From: an uncultured Actinomycetota bacterium
GTDB lineage: Bacteria; Actinomycetota; Actinomycetes; Propionibacteriales; Nocardioidaceae
DNA: 64,000 nucleotides
Assembly (NCBI GenBank): GCA_963750345.1
Contig: CAVVQH010000006.1
Span: 176,549-240,548, forward strand
Direction of reading: 5' to 3'
Positions within the stretch are counted from its first letter, which is position 1. Each line of letters begins with the position of its first letter. Position numbers and translations under genes: made by a program. The notes beneath the pieces were generated by a model. That model did no database searches. It was not told the DNA's origin and saw nothing but the letters and a program-made list of their open reading frames with translations. Shown in pieces: positions 31,686-40,699 of this stretch.

Positions 31686-32410
31686 TCCTGGGGCTCTGGC
31701 TGCTGACGGTCGGGGTGTGCGACCTGCTGCGCGCCACCCGCGACACCACCACGTGGAGGCGCCGCGCCCTGCTGGCCGCGTTCGGCTGCGCGGTGCTGGT
31801 GCTGGCCGGGCTCCTGGTGGGCTTCACGCTCCGCTGGTGGGCGAGCATCGGCGTCGTCTGGGTCGTCGCGCTCACGGCCTGGGTGCTCGCCTCCTCCCTC
31901 GCCCTGGACCCGACCTCGACGCACCGGGCCCGGTGGCGGGGGGCGGCCTTCGCGGTGCTGGCGGCGGCGCTCCTGGTGCTGACCTTCGTCTGGGACGCCG
32001 TCCCCCAGGCCGTCACCGCGCCGTCCGGGTGGGACTCCAGCCTGGTGGGGGCGGTCGGGGTCACCGACCTCGTGCGGTACGGCGGCGTGCTGCTCTTCGA
32101 GCTCAGCACCGCCAACATCGTGGTGCGCCTGGTCCTGGACGCGACGGGCGTGCCGACCGCCAGCAACGAGCCCGACCTGTCGGGCGGGCGGCTGCTGGGC
32201 CCCATGGAGCGGGTGTTCATCCTGGTCCTGGCCGTGACCGGCGAGGTGACCGCGGCGTCGCTCGTCGTGGCGGCCAAGGGGCTGCTGCGGTACCCGGAGC
32301 TGCGCCGTTCCCAGGACTCCGGCCCCTCGGCGGTCTCCGAGTACATCCTCATCGGCAGCTTCGCGAGCTGGCTGCTCGGGGTCCTCGGCTGGCTGCTGAC
32401 GCTGCGCTGA
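31682..32410 (+). CDS. Multi-pass membrane protein, DUF3307-like SatD partner
   Basis: GTGA overlap with SatD; GGRLLGPMER, AAKGLLRYPEL, EYILIGSFASW; several hydrophobic segments. Confidence 0.7.
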   Translation: MILGLWLLTVGVCDLLRATRDTTTWRRRALLAAFGCAVLVLAGLLVGFTLRWWASIGVVWVVALTAWVLASSLALDPTSTHRARWRGAAFAVLAAALLVLTFVWDAVPQAVTAPSGWDSSLVGAVGVTDLVRYGGVLLFELSTANIVVRLVLDATGVPTASNEPDLSGGRLLGPMERVFILVLAVTGEVTAASLVVAAKGLLRYPELRRSQDSGPSAVSEYILIGSFASWLLGVLGWLLTLR

Positions 32411-32457
32411 TGCAGTCCACGGCTGAACCTGCCTCCACGTTCAGCCAGTGGCTGAAC
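32410..32457. promoter_or_regulatory. Two further 19-bp palindromes directly after the cassette
   Basis: ATGCAGtccacggCTGAAC 32410-32428; GTTCAGccagtggCTGAAC 32439-32457. Confidence 0.7.
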
Positions 32458-32543
32458 CCCCTGGTCCGGTGTTCCGCCGCGGGTGGCATCCTGCGGGGAG
32501 ACGCCTCGCCCCCGCAGGCTCCCCCACCTCCCAGGAGGCACCC

Positions 32544-33554
32544 GTGTCCGAGGACTTGACCGGCCTGCGGATCGGCCTGCTCGGTGCGGCCCGAATCACC
32601 GGCCGGGCGGTCGCCGACCCCGCCCGTCGTACGGGGCACCGGCTGGTGGTCGTCGCTGCACGGGACGAGGGCGACGCCCGCGCGTTCGCCGCGGAGCACG
32701 GCGTCGAGCGGGTGGCCGCCTCCTACGAGGACCTGCTGGCCGACCCCGAGGTCGAGGTGGTCTACAACCCGCTGCCCAACGGCCTGCACGCCGAGTGGAA
32801 CCTGCGCGCGATCCGCGCCGGCAAGCACGTGCTGGGCGAGAAGCCTTTCGCCGCCAACGGTCCCGAGGCGCGACGCGTGGCCGACGCCGCGCGGTCGGCG
32901 GGCACGGTGGTGATGGAGGCCTACCACTACGCCTTCCACCCGGTGATGCGCCGGGTGCTGGAGGTGGTGGCCTCGGGCGAGATCGGCACCGTGCGCCACG
33001 TCGAGGCCACCCTGGTGATCCCCGACCCGGGCCCCGACGACCCGCGCTGGTCCCTGCGGCTCGCGGGCGGGGCGCTGATGGACCTGGGCTGCTACGGCCT
33101 GCACGCGGTGCGCCAGCTCGGCGGGCAGGCCGGCGGCGAGCCCCGGGTGCGCGCGGCCCGCGCCCGGCAGCACCCGGGGTCCCCGGGGGTGGACGCGTGG
33201 CTGCACGCGAGCCTGGACTACCCCGACGGCGCCACGGCGACGTGCTTCACCAGCATGGACGGTCCCGACGTCGTGATGGAGCTCTCCGTGGTCGGCACCC
33301 AGGGCCGGGTGCACGCGCCGAGGTTCGTGCTGCCCCACGAGGACGACCGCGTGGTCGTGGCCACCGCCGACCGGGTCCGCACCGAGCACCTGGGCGTCCG
33401 GTCCTCCTACGACTACCAGCTCGACGTGCTGACGCGGGCGGTCCGGCGCGGCACACCCCCACCACTGGACCTCACCGACGCGGTGAGGACGATGGAGCTG
33501 CTGGACGCGGCGTACGTCGCGGCCGGGCTGGGCCCCCGGCCCTGCAGCTCGTGA
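32544..33554 (+). CDS. Gfo/Idh/MocA oxidoreductase
   Basis: CAGGAGG RBS; GLLGAARI, HVLGEKP, GGALMDLGCY. Confidence 0.9.
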   Translation: MSEDLTGLRIGLLGAARITGRAVADPARRTGHRLVVVAARDEGDARAFAAEHGVERVAASYEDLLADPEVEVVYNPLPNGLHAEWNLRAIRAGKHVLGEKPFAANGPEARRVADAARSAGTVVMEAYHYAFHPVMRRVLEVVASGEIGTVRHVEATLVIPDPGPDDPRWSLRLAGGALMDLGCYGLHAVRQLGGQAGGEPRVRAARARQHPGSPGVDAWLHASLDYPDGATATCFTSMDGPDVVMELSVVGTQGRVHAPRFVLPHEDDRVVVATADRVRTEHLGVRSSYDYQLDVLTRAVRRGTPPPLDLTDAVRTMELLDAAYVAAGLGPRPCSS

Positions 33555-33571
33555 GACCCCGAGGAGAGCGC

Positions 33572-34630
33572 ATGGACCCCGTCAGGATCGGTCTGGTCGG
33601 CTACGGGTTCGGGGGGCGGTACTTCCACGCGCCCCTGATCGCCTCGGCCGACGGCTGCGAGCTCGTGGGCGTCGTCACCACCTCCGCCCAGCGGCGGGCC
33701 CAGGTCGAGGCCGACCGGCCCGGCACGGCCACCTTCGACTCCCTGTCCGACCTGGTCGCGGCCGGCGCCGAGGCGGTCGCGATCTCCACCCCCGCCTCCA
33801 CGCACTCGACGCTGACCGACGAGGCGGTCGACCGGGGCCTCTCGGTGGTCTGCGACAAGCCCTTCGCCCTCGACGCGACCTCCGCCCGCCGCAGCGTGCA
33901 GCGGGCCCGGCAGGCCGGCGTGGTGCTGAGCCCCTACCAGAACAGGCGCTGGGACTCCGACTTCCTCACGGTCCGGGCTGCGGCCCACGACGGCACGCTC
34001 GGCGACGTACGTCGCCTGGAGTCGCGCTTCGAGCGCTTCGCCCCGACCGCCGGTCCGCCAGCGTCCGGGGGCGGCACCCTGCTCGACTTCTGCAGCCACC
34101 TCGTGGACCAGGCCCTGGTCCTGCTCGGCCCGGTGGCCTCGGTGCACGCCGAGCTCCGCCTGGTCGAGAGCGGGCTGGACGACGACGTCTTCGTGGCGCT
34201 GACCCACCGCGACGGGGCGCACTCCCACCTGTGGGGCAGCTGGACGCAGCACGCCCCCGGGCCGCGCTTCCGGGTCACCGGCACGGCAGGGTCGCTGGTG
34301 CTGACCACTGCCGACACCCAGGAGGAGGTGCTCATCGCCGGCGGTTCCCCCGCCACCCACCGGCCGTGGGGGGTCGAGGCCGGCTCGGAGTCCGACCGGC
34401 TGCACACCGGTGGGGACTCCCGCGCCGTCTCGCTCGTGTCCGGCGCCTGGGACACCTTCTACCCGGCCTTCGCCGCCGCGGTCCGCGGTGACGGACCGCC
34501 CCCGGTCGACCCGTGGGACGCGGTGGCCACCGCGCAGGTCCTCGGCGCGGCCCGCCTGAGTGCCGACGAAGGGCGGACGGTCGATCTGCCCGCCGACCCG
34601 CAGGAGGGTCTCCCCGGGGAGGCGTCGTGA
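33572..34630 (+). CDS. Gfo/Idh/MocA oxidoreductase
   Basis: GLVGYGFGG..FHAP, VCDKPF, QNRRWDSDF, LLDFCSHLVDQ. Confidence 0.9.
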   Translation: MDPVRIGLVGYGFGGRYFHAPLIASADGCELVGVVTTSAQRRAQVEADRPGTATFDSLSDLVAAGAEAVAISTPASTHSTLTDEAVDRGLSVVCDKPFALDATSARRSVQRARQAGVVLSPYQNRRWDSDFLTVRAAAHDGTLGDVRRLESRFERFAPTAGPPASGGGTLLDFCSHLVDQALVLLGPVASVHAELRLVESGLDDDVFVALTHRDGAHSHLWGSWTQHAPGPRFRVTGTAGSLVLTTADTQEEVLIAGGSPATHRPWGVEAGSESDRLHTGGDSRAVSLVSGAWDTFYPAFAAAVRGDGPPPVDPWDAVATAQVLGAARLSADEGRTVDLPADPQEGLPGEAS

Positions 34631-35175
34631 CCGACCGCACCCGGCTCGACGCCCTGGAGGCCGAGGAGTCCCGCCTCGTGCTCGCCTCCTTCGACGAGGC
34701 GGACGCGTGGGCGCTGGGCTCCCGGCTCCGCGACCTCGCCCTGGCCGACCGGCTGCCGGTCGCCGTCACCATCCGGCGCCACGGCCAACGGCTGTTCCAC
34801 GCCGCGCTGCCCGGAGCCAGCGCCGACAACGACGGCTGGCTGGAGCGCAAGTGCGCGGTCGTCGAGCGCTACGGCCGGTCCTCGCTGCGCGTCGGAGAGC
34901 AGTTCCGGGTCGACGGCAGCACGTTCGAGGCCGGCTCGCGCCTGGACCCCGGCCGTTTCGCCGCCCACGGGGGTGCGTTCCCGCTCCTGGTGCGGGGCAC
35001 CGGCTGCGTGGGCGTCGTGGCCGTCTCCGGGCTGCCGCAGCTCGACGACCACCGGCTGGTGGTGCAGGCCCTGGAGGCACACCGAGAGGCGCACCTGGCC
35101 TCGAGCGCTGACGGCGACCGCCCGGCGGGGAGCGGTCCCGCTGGCGCACCGGTCACGGACCCGGATGGGCTATAG
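34627..35175 (+). CDS. Heme-degrading-like domain protein (UPF0303/GlcG-HbpS fold)
   Basis: DNDGWLERK, RSSL, AAHGGAFP, VSGLPQLDDH. Confidence 0.85.
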   Translation: MTDRTRLDALEAEESRLVLASFDEADAWALGSRLRDLALADRLPVAVTIRRHGQRLFHAALPGASADNDGWLERKCAVVERYGRSSLRVGEQFRVDGSTFEAGSRLDPGRFAAHGGAFPLLVRGTGCVGVVAVSGLPQLDDHRLVVQALEAHREAHLASSADGDRPAGSGPAGAPVTDPDGL

Positions 35176-35304
35176 ACGCAATAGTCCGATTGGTCCTACG
35201 CTGACCGAACAGCCACCGGCTGGAGACCGAAGGGCCCGTCAGCCCGTCTCAGGCCGGACCGCGCGGGGGCGCGCGGATGGGTGTCAGACACAGGGGGAAC
35301 CACC

Positions 35305-35514
35305 ATGTACCAGTTCGACGACCACCAGGACCGGACCACCGACCGCCGCGCAGAGCGTGAGGCCAAGCGCAGTCGAGCCATGACGGCCGCCGCCGTGGCC
35401 GCCCGGGCCGCGGGCCGCTCCGGGAGTCAGCTCCTCGTTCTTCCGGCCTCTCCCGTGGTGGGGCTGCCCGGGGAGCGGGGCGTGGTCGCCGCGCCTCGGG
35501 CCGGGCGTCGCTGA
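35305..35514 (+). CDS. Small hypothetical protein (69 aa)
   Basis: AGGGGGAACCACC RBS before ATG; no recognisable domain. Confidence 0.5.
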   Translation: MYQFDDHQDRTTDRRAEREAKRSRAMTAAAVAARAAGRSGSQLLVLPASPVVGLPGERGVVAAPRAGRR

Positions 35515-35543
35515 CTCCTGCTCCTCCGCTCGGCCGCGCCTCT

Positions 35544-35629
35544 GATTCCCAGGGGATGCCGATGATCTGCCGCTGCCCATGGTGGGTTCACCATGGGCGG
35601 CTCCAGATTCCCGGCATCACCTGGTACTC
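35544..35629. repeat. ~85-bp palindromic REP/MITE-like element, copy 1
   Basis: CCAGGGGATGCCG...CCCATGGTG-GGTT-CACCATGGG...CGGCATCACCTGG; homologous to 35819-35872 and 50925-51009. Confidence 0.8.
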
Positions 35630-35677
35630 GTGGGGCCGCTGGGGGGCCATGGCGGCCGACGGCGCGTGAGCCGGGTG

Positions 35678-35757
35678 GGCGCCCGTCGTACGTCGTCCCG
35701 GCCGAGTAGGCGCCCGTCGTACGTCGTCCCGGCCGAGTAGGCGCCCGTCGTACGTCG
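35678..35757. repeat. 31-bp tandem repeat, ~2.6 copies
   Basis: GGCGCCCGTCGTACGTCGTCCCGGCCGAGTA at 35678, 35709 and partial at 35740. Confidence 0.9.
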
Positions 35758-35818
35758 CGGCCGGACGCGTGCGTGCCGAGACGCCCGCGACCGTACTGCC
35801 CACGGAGACCTGGTGCTT

Positions 35819-35872
35819 CCCATGGTGGGTCCACCGTGGGCAGCTGCAGATTCCCGGCATCCCCTGGTGATC
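35819..35872. repeat. Palindromic element, copy 2 (central hairpin and right arm)
   Basis: CCCATGGTGGGTCCACCGTGGGCAGCTGCAGATTCCCGGCATCCCCTGG. Confidence 0.75.
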
Positions 35873-35874
35873 AG

Positions 35875-35950
35875 GGGGGCGGCACTCGGCGTAGGGGGCG
35901 GCACTCGGCGCCTCCTACGGGGCAGCGCTCGCCCTACGGGGCAGCGCTCG
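35875..35950. repeat. Two adjacent 19-bp-period duplications forming a GTAG...CTAC hairpin
   Basis: GGGGGCGGCACTCGGCG x2 (35875, 35894); CCTACGGGGCAGCGCTCG x2 (35914, 35933). Confidence 0.75.
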
Positions 35951-35986
35951 TCCCACGGGACGGCGCGTCGCGACGAAGCGGCGGCC

Positions 35987-36400
35987 TCAGTAGGAGTCGT
36001 CCAGCAGCAGCCCCGCGCGCACCAGCGCCGACTCGACCCGCAGGCGTTCGCGGTCCAGGTCGGGCCCGGGCACGAGCACGGCGAGCAGGTGCTCCACGCC
36101 CAGGGCCCCGCACGCCTCGCCGAGCACGGCGTCGTAGGCCCGGCGCCGGCCCTCGAAGCGGGCGAACGAGGCGTCGGGCGGCACGGTGCGGAAGCGGAAC
36201 GACAGCCGGCGGGCGTCCATGGCGATCTCCTCGATGGGCCGACCGACGGGTACGGCGGGCTGTCGGGCGCGCCAGGCCCGGACGACCCGCTCGGTGAGCG
36301 CAGCGTTCCAGCGGCCCAGTCGTCCGCGGTGCCGGCGACGCCAGCCCACCGCCAGGACGACGAGGCCCAGCAGGACCAGCCCCCCCGGGTGTGCGTGCAT
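35987..36400 (-). CDS. Conserved actinobacterial hypothetical protein
   Basis: GGGAGG RBS; N-terminal TM; RPIEEIAMDARRL, AYDAVLGEAC..L, ERLRVESAL. Confidence 0.7.
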   Translation of the reverse strand: MHAHPGGLVLLGLVVLAVGWRRRHRGRLGRWNAALTERVVRAWRARQPAVPVGRPIEEIAMDARRLSFRFRTVPPDASFARFEGRRRAYDAVLGEACGALGVEHLLAVLVPGPDLDRERLRVESALVRAGLLLDDSY

Positions 36401-36438
36401 CCTCCCAGGGTAGGTCGCCCCGCGCCCGTCGGGGCCGG

Positions 36439-37764
36439 TCAGTCGGGCAGGCTCTCGGCCGGTCCGACCAGGGCCAGGGTGGGCCGCTGACGGAACAGCA
36501 CCCGGGCCAGGTCGTTGACGTCCTCGAGCGTCACCGAGGCCACCCGCTCCAGCACCGTCTCGATGCTGGGCAGCTCGTCGTAGAGCAGCTCGGCCTTGGC
36601 GATCCGGGACATGCGCGAGCCGGAGTCCTCGAGCGAGAGCACCAGCCCACCCCGGAGCTGGCCCTGCCCGCGGCGCAGCTCGTCGGCGGTGATGCCGTCG
36701 CGGGCCAGGGTGGCGAGCTCGTCGCGCACCACGCTCAGCACGTCGTCGACCTTGGCCGGCAGGGCGCCGACCGCGACGCCGAACATGCCGGAGTCGGCGT
36801 AGTGCGAGCCGTAGGAGTACACGGAGTAGGCCAGCCCCCGCTTCTCACGGACCTCCTGGAACAGCCGGGAGGAGGTGCCTCCGCCCAGGGCCGCGTTGAG
36901 CACCCCCAGGGCGTAGCGGCGCGGGTCGGTGCGGATGAGCCCGTTGACGCCGAGCACCAGGTTGACCTGCTCGAACGGCCGGACGGCCGAGACCTGCCCC
37001 GGCGTCGTACGACGGGCGCGGCCGGTGCCCCGCACGGCGGCCGGCCACAGCTCGGTGTCCTGGAGGAACCCCCCGCGGGAGAACGCCGCCCGCACCAGCC
37101 GTACGACGGAGGTGTGGTCGACGTTGCCGGCGACCGCCACCACCATCGCGTCCGCGGTGTAGTGCGAGGCGTAGTAGCGCCGGATGCGAGCCGCGGACAG
37201 GGCCGCGATGGACTCGGCGGTGCCGGCGATCGGACGACCCAGTGGCGAGGTGGGCCAGGCCTGCGAGGCGTAGAGGTTGGAGACCACGTCGTCGGGGTCG
37301 TCGTCGTGCATGGCGATCTCGTCGAGGATGACCTCGCGCTCCGCCTCCACGTCCGCGTCGGTGATGGTCGAGGACGTCATCATGTCGCCGAGCACGTCGA
37401 CGGCCAGGGGGAGGTCGTCGTCGAGCACCCGCGCGTGGAAGCAGGTGTACTCCTTGGCGGTGAAGGCGTTGAACTCACCGCCCACCTCGTCGAGCTCGAC
37501 CGAGATGTCCAGGGCCGAGCGCGACGGGGTGCCCTTGAAGAGCAGGTGCTCGAGGAAGTGCGAGGCCCCCGACAGGGTCGGCGACTCGTCACGCGACCCG
37601 ACGGCCACCCACACCCCGATCGAGGCGGAGCGGACGCCGGGCATCGCCTCGGTCACGACCCGCAGCCCGCCGGGGAGCACCGTCCGACGGACGGGCCCCC
37701 CTTCGCGGGCGGACAGCAGGGTGCGGGTCGTGCCGGGCTTCTGCAGTGCAGCCCGCGTCGGCAC
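36439..37764 (-). CDS. M16 family zinc peptidase (PepR-like)
   Basis: HFLEHLLFKGT inverted zinc motif; SSRLFQEVREKRGLAYSV; follows pnp. Confidence 0.93.
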   Translation of the reverse strand: MPTRAALQKPGTTRTLLSAREGGPVRRTVLPGGLRVVTEAMPGVRSASIGVWVAVGSRDESPTLSGASHFLEHLLFKGTPSRSALDISVELDEVGGEFNAFTAKEYTCFHARVLDDDLPLAVDVLGDMMTSSTITDADVEAEREVILDEIAMHDDDPDDVVSNLYASQAWPTSPLGRPIAGTAESIAALSAARIRRYYASHYTADAMVVAVAGNVDHTSVVRLVRAAFSRGGFLQDTELWPAAVRGTGRARRTTPGQVSAVRPFEQVNLVLGVNGLIRTDPRRYALGVLNAALGGGTSSRLFQEVREKRGLAYSVYSYGSHYADSGMFGVAVGALPAKVDDVLSVVRDELATLARDGITADELRRGQGQLRGGLVLSLEDSGSRMSRIAKAELLYDELPSIETVLERVASVTLEDVNDLARVLFRQRPTLALVGPAESLPD

Positions 37765-39993
37765 CTACTCCGACGACCCCGATGTCGCGCTCTCGGCCGA
37801 CTCGGCGCTCTCGTCGAGCACCGGGATCAGCGACAGCTTGCCGCGGTCGTCGATCTCGCCGATCTCGACCTGGATCTTCTGCCCGACCGAGACCACGTCC
37901 TCGACGTTCTCCACGCGCTTGCCGCCGGCCAGGCCGCGCAGCTTGCTGATGTGCAGCAGCCCGTCCTTGCCCGGCAGCAGCGAGATGAACGCGCCGAAGT
38001 TGGTGGTCTTGACGACCGTGCCCAGGTAGCGCTCGCCCACCTCGGGCATCGTCGGGTTCGCGATGCCGTTGATGATCGAGCGGGCCGCCTCGGCCGACTC
38101 GCCGTTGGTGGCACCGATGTAGATGGTGCCGTCGTCCTCGATGCTGATCTGCGCACCGGTGTCGTCCTGGATCTGGTTGATGACCTTGCCCTTGGGCCCG
38201 ATCACCTCGCCGATCTTGTCCACCGGCACCCGCACGGTGATGATCCGCGGGGCGTTCAGCGACATCTCCTCGGGGCCGTCGATGGCCTCGTTCATGACCT
38301 CGAGGATGGACAGCCGGGCGTCGCGGGCCTGGGTGAGGGCCGCGGCCAGCACCTCGGCGGGGATGCCGTCGAGCTTGGTGTCCAGCTGCAGCGCGGTGAC
38401 GAACTCCGAGGTGCCGGCGACCTTGAAGTCCATGTCGCCGAACGCGTCCTCGGCGCCCAGGATGTCGGTCAGCGCGACGTACTGCGTCGCGCCGTCGACC
38501 TCGCCCGAGATGAGGCCCATGGCGATGCCGGCCACGGCCGCCCGCAGGGGGACCCCGGCCTGCAGCAGGGACAGCGTCGAGGCGCAGACCGAGCCCATCG
38601 AGGTGGAGCCGTTGGAGCCCATGGCCTCGGAGACCTGGCGGATCGCGTAGGGGAACTCCTCGCGCGTCGGCAGCACCGGGACGAGGGCCCGGCCGGCGAG
38701 CGCGCCGTGCCCGATCTCGCGCCGCTTCGGCGACCCGACCCGACCGGTCTCACCGGTGGAGTAGGGCGGGAAGTTGTAGTTGTGCATGTAGCGACGGGTC
38801 TTCTCCGGGGAGAGCGTGTCGAGCTTCGCCTCCATGGTGAGCATGTTCAGCGTGGTGACCCCGAGGATCTGGGTCTCTCCCCGCTCGAACAGCGCCGACC
38901 CGTGCACCCGCGGGATCACGCCGACCTCGGCGGACAGGGTGCGGATGTCGGTCAGGCCGCGGCCGTCGATGCGGACCTTGTCGCGCAGCACGCGCTCGCG
39001 GACCAGCTTCTTGGTCAGCGACCGGAACGCGGCGCCGAGCTCCTTCTCGCGACCCGCGAAGTCGGCGGTGACCTGGTCCAGGACGGCGTCCTTGACCTCG
39101 TCCATCGCCGCGTCGCGCTCCTGCTTGCCGGCCACGGTCAGGGCCTCGGCCAGCTTGCTGCCGGCGGCGCTCTCGACCGCGGCGTAGGCGTCGTCCTCGT
39201 AGTCGAGGAAGATCGGGAAGTCGCGCACGGGCTTGGCGGCCTGCTTGGCCAGCTCCACCTGCGCCTCGCACAGCTGCTTGATGAACGGCTTGGCGGCGTC
39301 GAGGCCGCCGGCCACGATCTCCTCGGTCGGCGCCTGGACGCCTGACTGGACGAGGTCCCAGGTCTTCTCGGTGGACTCGGCCTCGACCATCATGATCGCC
39401 ACGTCACCGGTGTCGGTGACCCGGCCCGCGACGACCATGTCGAACACGGCCTCCTCGAGCTGGCTGTACGACGGGAACGCCACCCACTGGCCGCGGATCA
39501 GGGCCACCCGGGTCGCGCCGACCGGGCCGGTGAACGGCAGGCCGGAGAGCTGGGTCGACATGGAGGCGGCGTTGATGGCCAGCACGTCGTAGGGGCTGTC
39601 GGGGTCGAGCGCCAGGACGGTGACGACGACCTGGACCTCGTTGCGCAGACCCTTCTTGAAGGTCGGGCGCAGCGGCCGGTCGATGAGGCGGCAGGTGAGG
39701 ATGGCGTCCTCGCCCGGACGACCCTCACGACGGAAGAACGAGCCGGGGATGCGGCCCGCGGCGTACATCCGCTCCTCGACGTCGATCGTCAGGGGGAAGA
39801 AGTCGAGGTTGTCCTTCGGGTGCTTCCCGGCCGTGGTGGCCGAGAGCAGCATGGTCTCGTCGTCGAGGTAGGCGGTCACCGAGCCGGCGGCCTGCCGGGC
39901 GATGAAGCCACTCTCGAACTTGACGGTGCGGGTGCCGAACGAGCCGTTGTCGAGAACGGTCTCTACGGCGTGGATCTCGGGTCCCTCTGTCAT
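37765..39993 (-). CDS. pnp: Polyribonucleotide nucleotidyltransferase (PNPase/GpsI)
   Basis: [46 protein letters not shown] and S1 domains. Confidence 0.98.
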   Translation of the reverse strand: MTEGPEIHAVETVLDNGSFGTRTVKFESGFIARQAAGSVTAYLDDETMLLSATTAGKHPKDNLDFFPLTIDVEERMYAAGRIPGSFFRREGRPGEDAILTCRLIDRPLRPTFKKGLRNEVQVVVTVLALDPDSPYDVLAINAASMSTQLSGLPFTGPVGATRVALIRGQWVAFPSYSQLEEAVFDMVVAGRVTDTGDVAIMMVEAESTEKTWDLVQSGVQAPTEEIVAGGLDAAKPFIKQLCEAQVELAKQAAKPVRDFPIFLDYEDDAYAAVESAAGSKLAEALTVAGKQERDAAMDEVKDAVLDQVTADFAGREKELGAAFRSLTKKLVRERVLRDKVRIDGRGLTDIRTLSAEVGVIPRVHGSALFERGETQILGVTTLNMLTMEAKLDTLSPEKTRRYMHNYNFPPYSTGETGRVGSPKRREIGHGALAGRALVPVLPTREEFPYAIRQVSEAMGSNGSTSMGSVCASTLSLLQAGVPLRAAVAGIAMGLISGEVDGATQYVALTDILGAEDAFGDMDFKVAGTSEFVTALQLDTKLDGIPAEVLAAALTQARDARLSILEVMNEAIDGPEEMSLNAPRIITVRVPVDKIGEVIGPKGKVINQIQDDTGAQISIEDDGTIYIGATNGESAEAARSIINGIANPTMPEVGERYLGTVVKTTNFGAFISLLPGKDGLLHISKLRGLAGGKRVENVEDVVSVGQKIQVEIGEIDDRGKLSLIPVLDESAESAESATSGSSE

Positions 39994-40056
39994 GGGGTCC
40001 CCTTCCTGTCTCGCGGAGCGATGCACGCGAGGGCGCCCAACCGCTGTGGGATGGGG

Positions 40057-40129
40057 CCGGTCTTCGATCGAGGCCCGCGGGTCGGCGAGGTGCTGCGCCT
40101 GTCCCCCGAGGGCCACTACCGAGGACCGG
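40057..40129 (-). ncRNA. Actino-pnp-like cis RNA in pnp leader
   Basis: Minus strand CCGGTCCTCGGTAGTGGCC...GGCCTCGATCGAAGACCGG long hairpin upstream of pnp; resembles the remembered Actino-pnp motif. Confidence 0.65.
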
Positions 40130-40247
40130 GCTGTCGTCCGCGGTCGCTCCAGTGGGTTGTGTTCAGTTGTCGTGCGGGTGCTGCGGTGGTGCGGGTGGTA
40201 CTGGGTCGTCTCCCGACCTCGACCCTAGTGCGGGCCGGGCCGGAGAC

Positions 40248-40288
40248 GAAGCAGGGCGGTCCCCGGCTGGTGCCGCGGACCGCCCGTG
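40248..40288 (-). terminator. Putative terminator/processing hairpin after rpsO
   Basis: GGGCGGTCC...GGACCGCCC stem followed by TGCTTC on minus strand. Confidence 0.55.
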
Positions 40289-40290
40289 GC

Positions 40291-40566
40291 TCAACGGCGG
40301 ATGCCGAGCCGCTCGATGATCGAGCGGTAGCGGTTGATGTCCTCGCGCCGCATGTAGTTCAGCAGGCGGCGACGCTGACCGACGAGGAGGAGCAGACCAC
40401 GACGGCTGTGGTGGTCGTGCTTGTGCTCCTTGAGGTGCTCGGTCAGGTGGCTGATCCGGTGGGTCAGCAGGGCGACCTGGACCTCGGGGGACCCGGTGTC
40501 GCCCTCGCTGGTGCCGTAGTCGGCGATGATCTTCTTCTTGGTCTCTGCATCGGTGCCAGTCGACAC
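40291..40566 (-). CDS. rpsO: 30S ribosomal protein S15
   Basis: [25 protein letters not shown]. Confidence 0.98.
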   Translation of the reverse strand: MSTGTDAETKKKIIADYGTSEGDTGSPEVQVALLTHRISHLTEHLKEHKHDHHSRRGLLLLVGQRRRLLNYMRREDINRYRSIIERLGIRR

Positions 40567-40699
40567 GCGCAGCTCCTCTCGGTCTTCACTCGTTGCGCGG
40601 CGCGCCGGGGCCTGTCCACCCGGGCACTCTCGATCCGCGGCCGTTGCACGGCGGTGGGGTGCGGTCCACGCTCACACGTGGACGACGCCGACCAGATTA
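40567..40699 (-). promoter_or_regulatory. rpsO promoter and structured leader (candidate S15 autoregulatory RNA)
   Basis: -10 TAATCT at 40694-40699; nested stems CGCGG/CCGCG and CCGGG/CCCGG before GAGGAG RBS; S15 leaders are known in many phyla. Confidence 0.45.

Noticed and set aside
35209-35304. c-di-AMP (ydaO) riboswitch, suggested by CCCGTCAGC and GGGGAACC
   Set aside because: The fragments are in the wrong order and the GAAUC and AGCUAAC elements are missing.
35678-35757. 31-bp repeat as a CRISPR array
   Set aside because: Units are head-to-tail with no spacers, and no cas genes are present.
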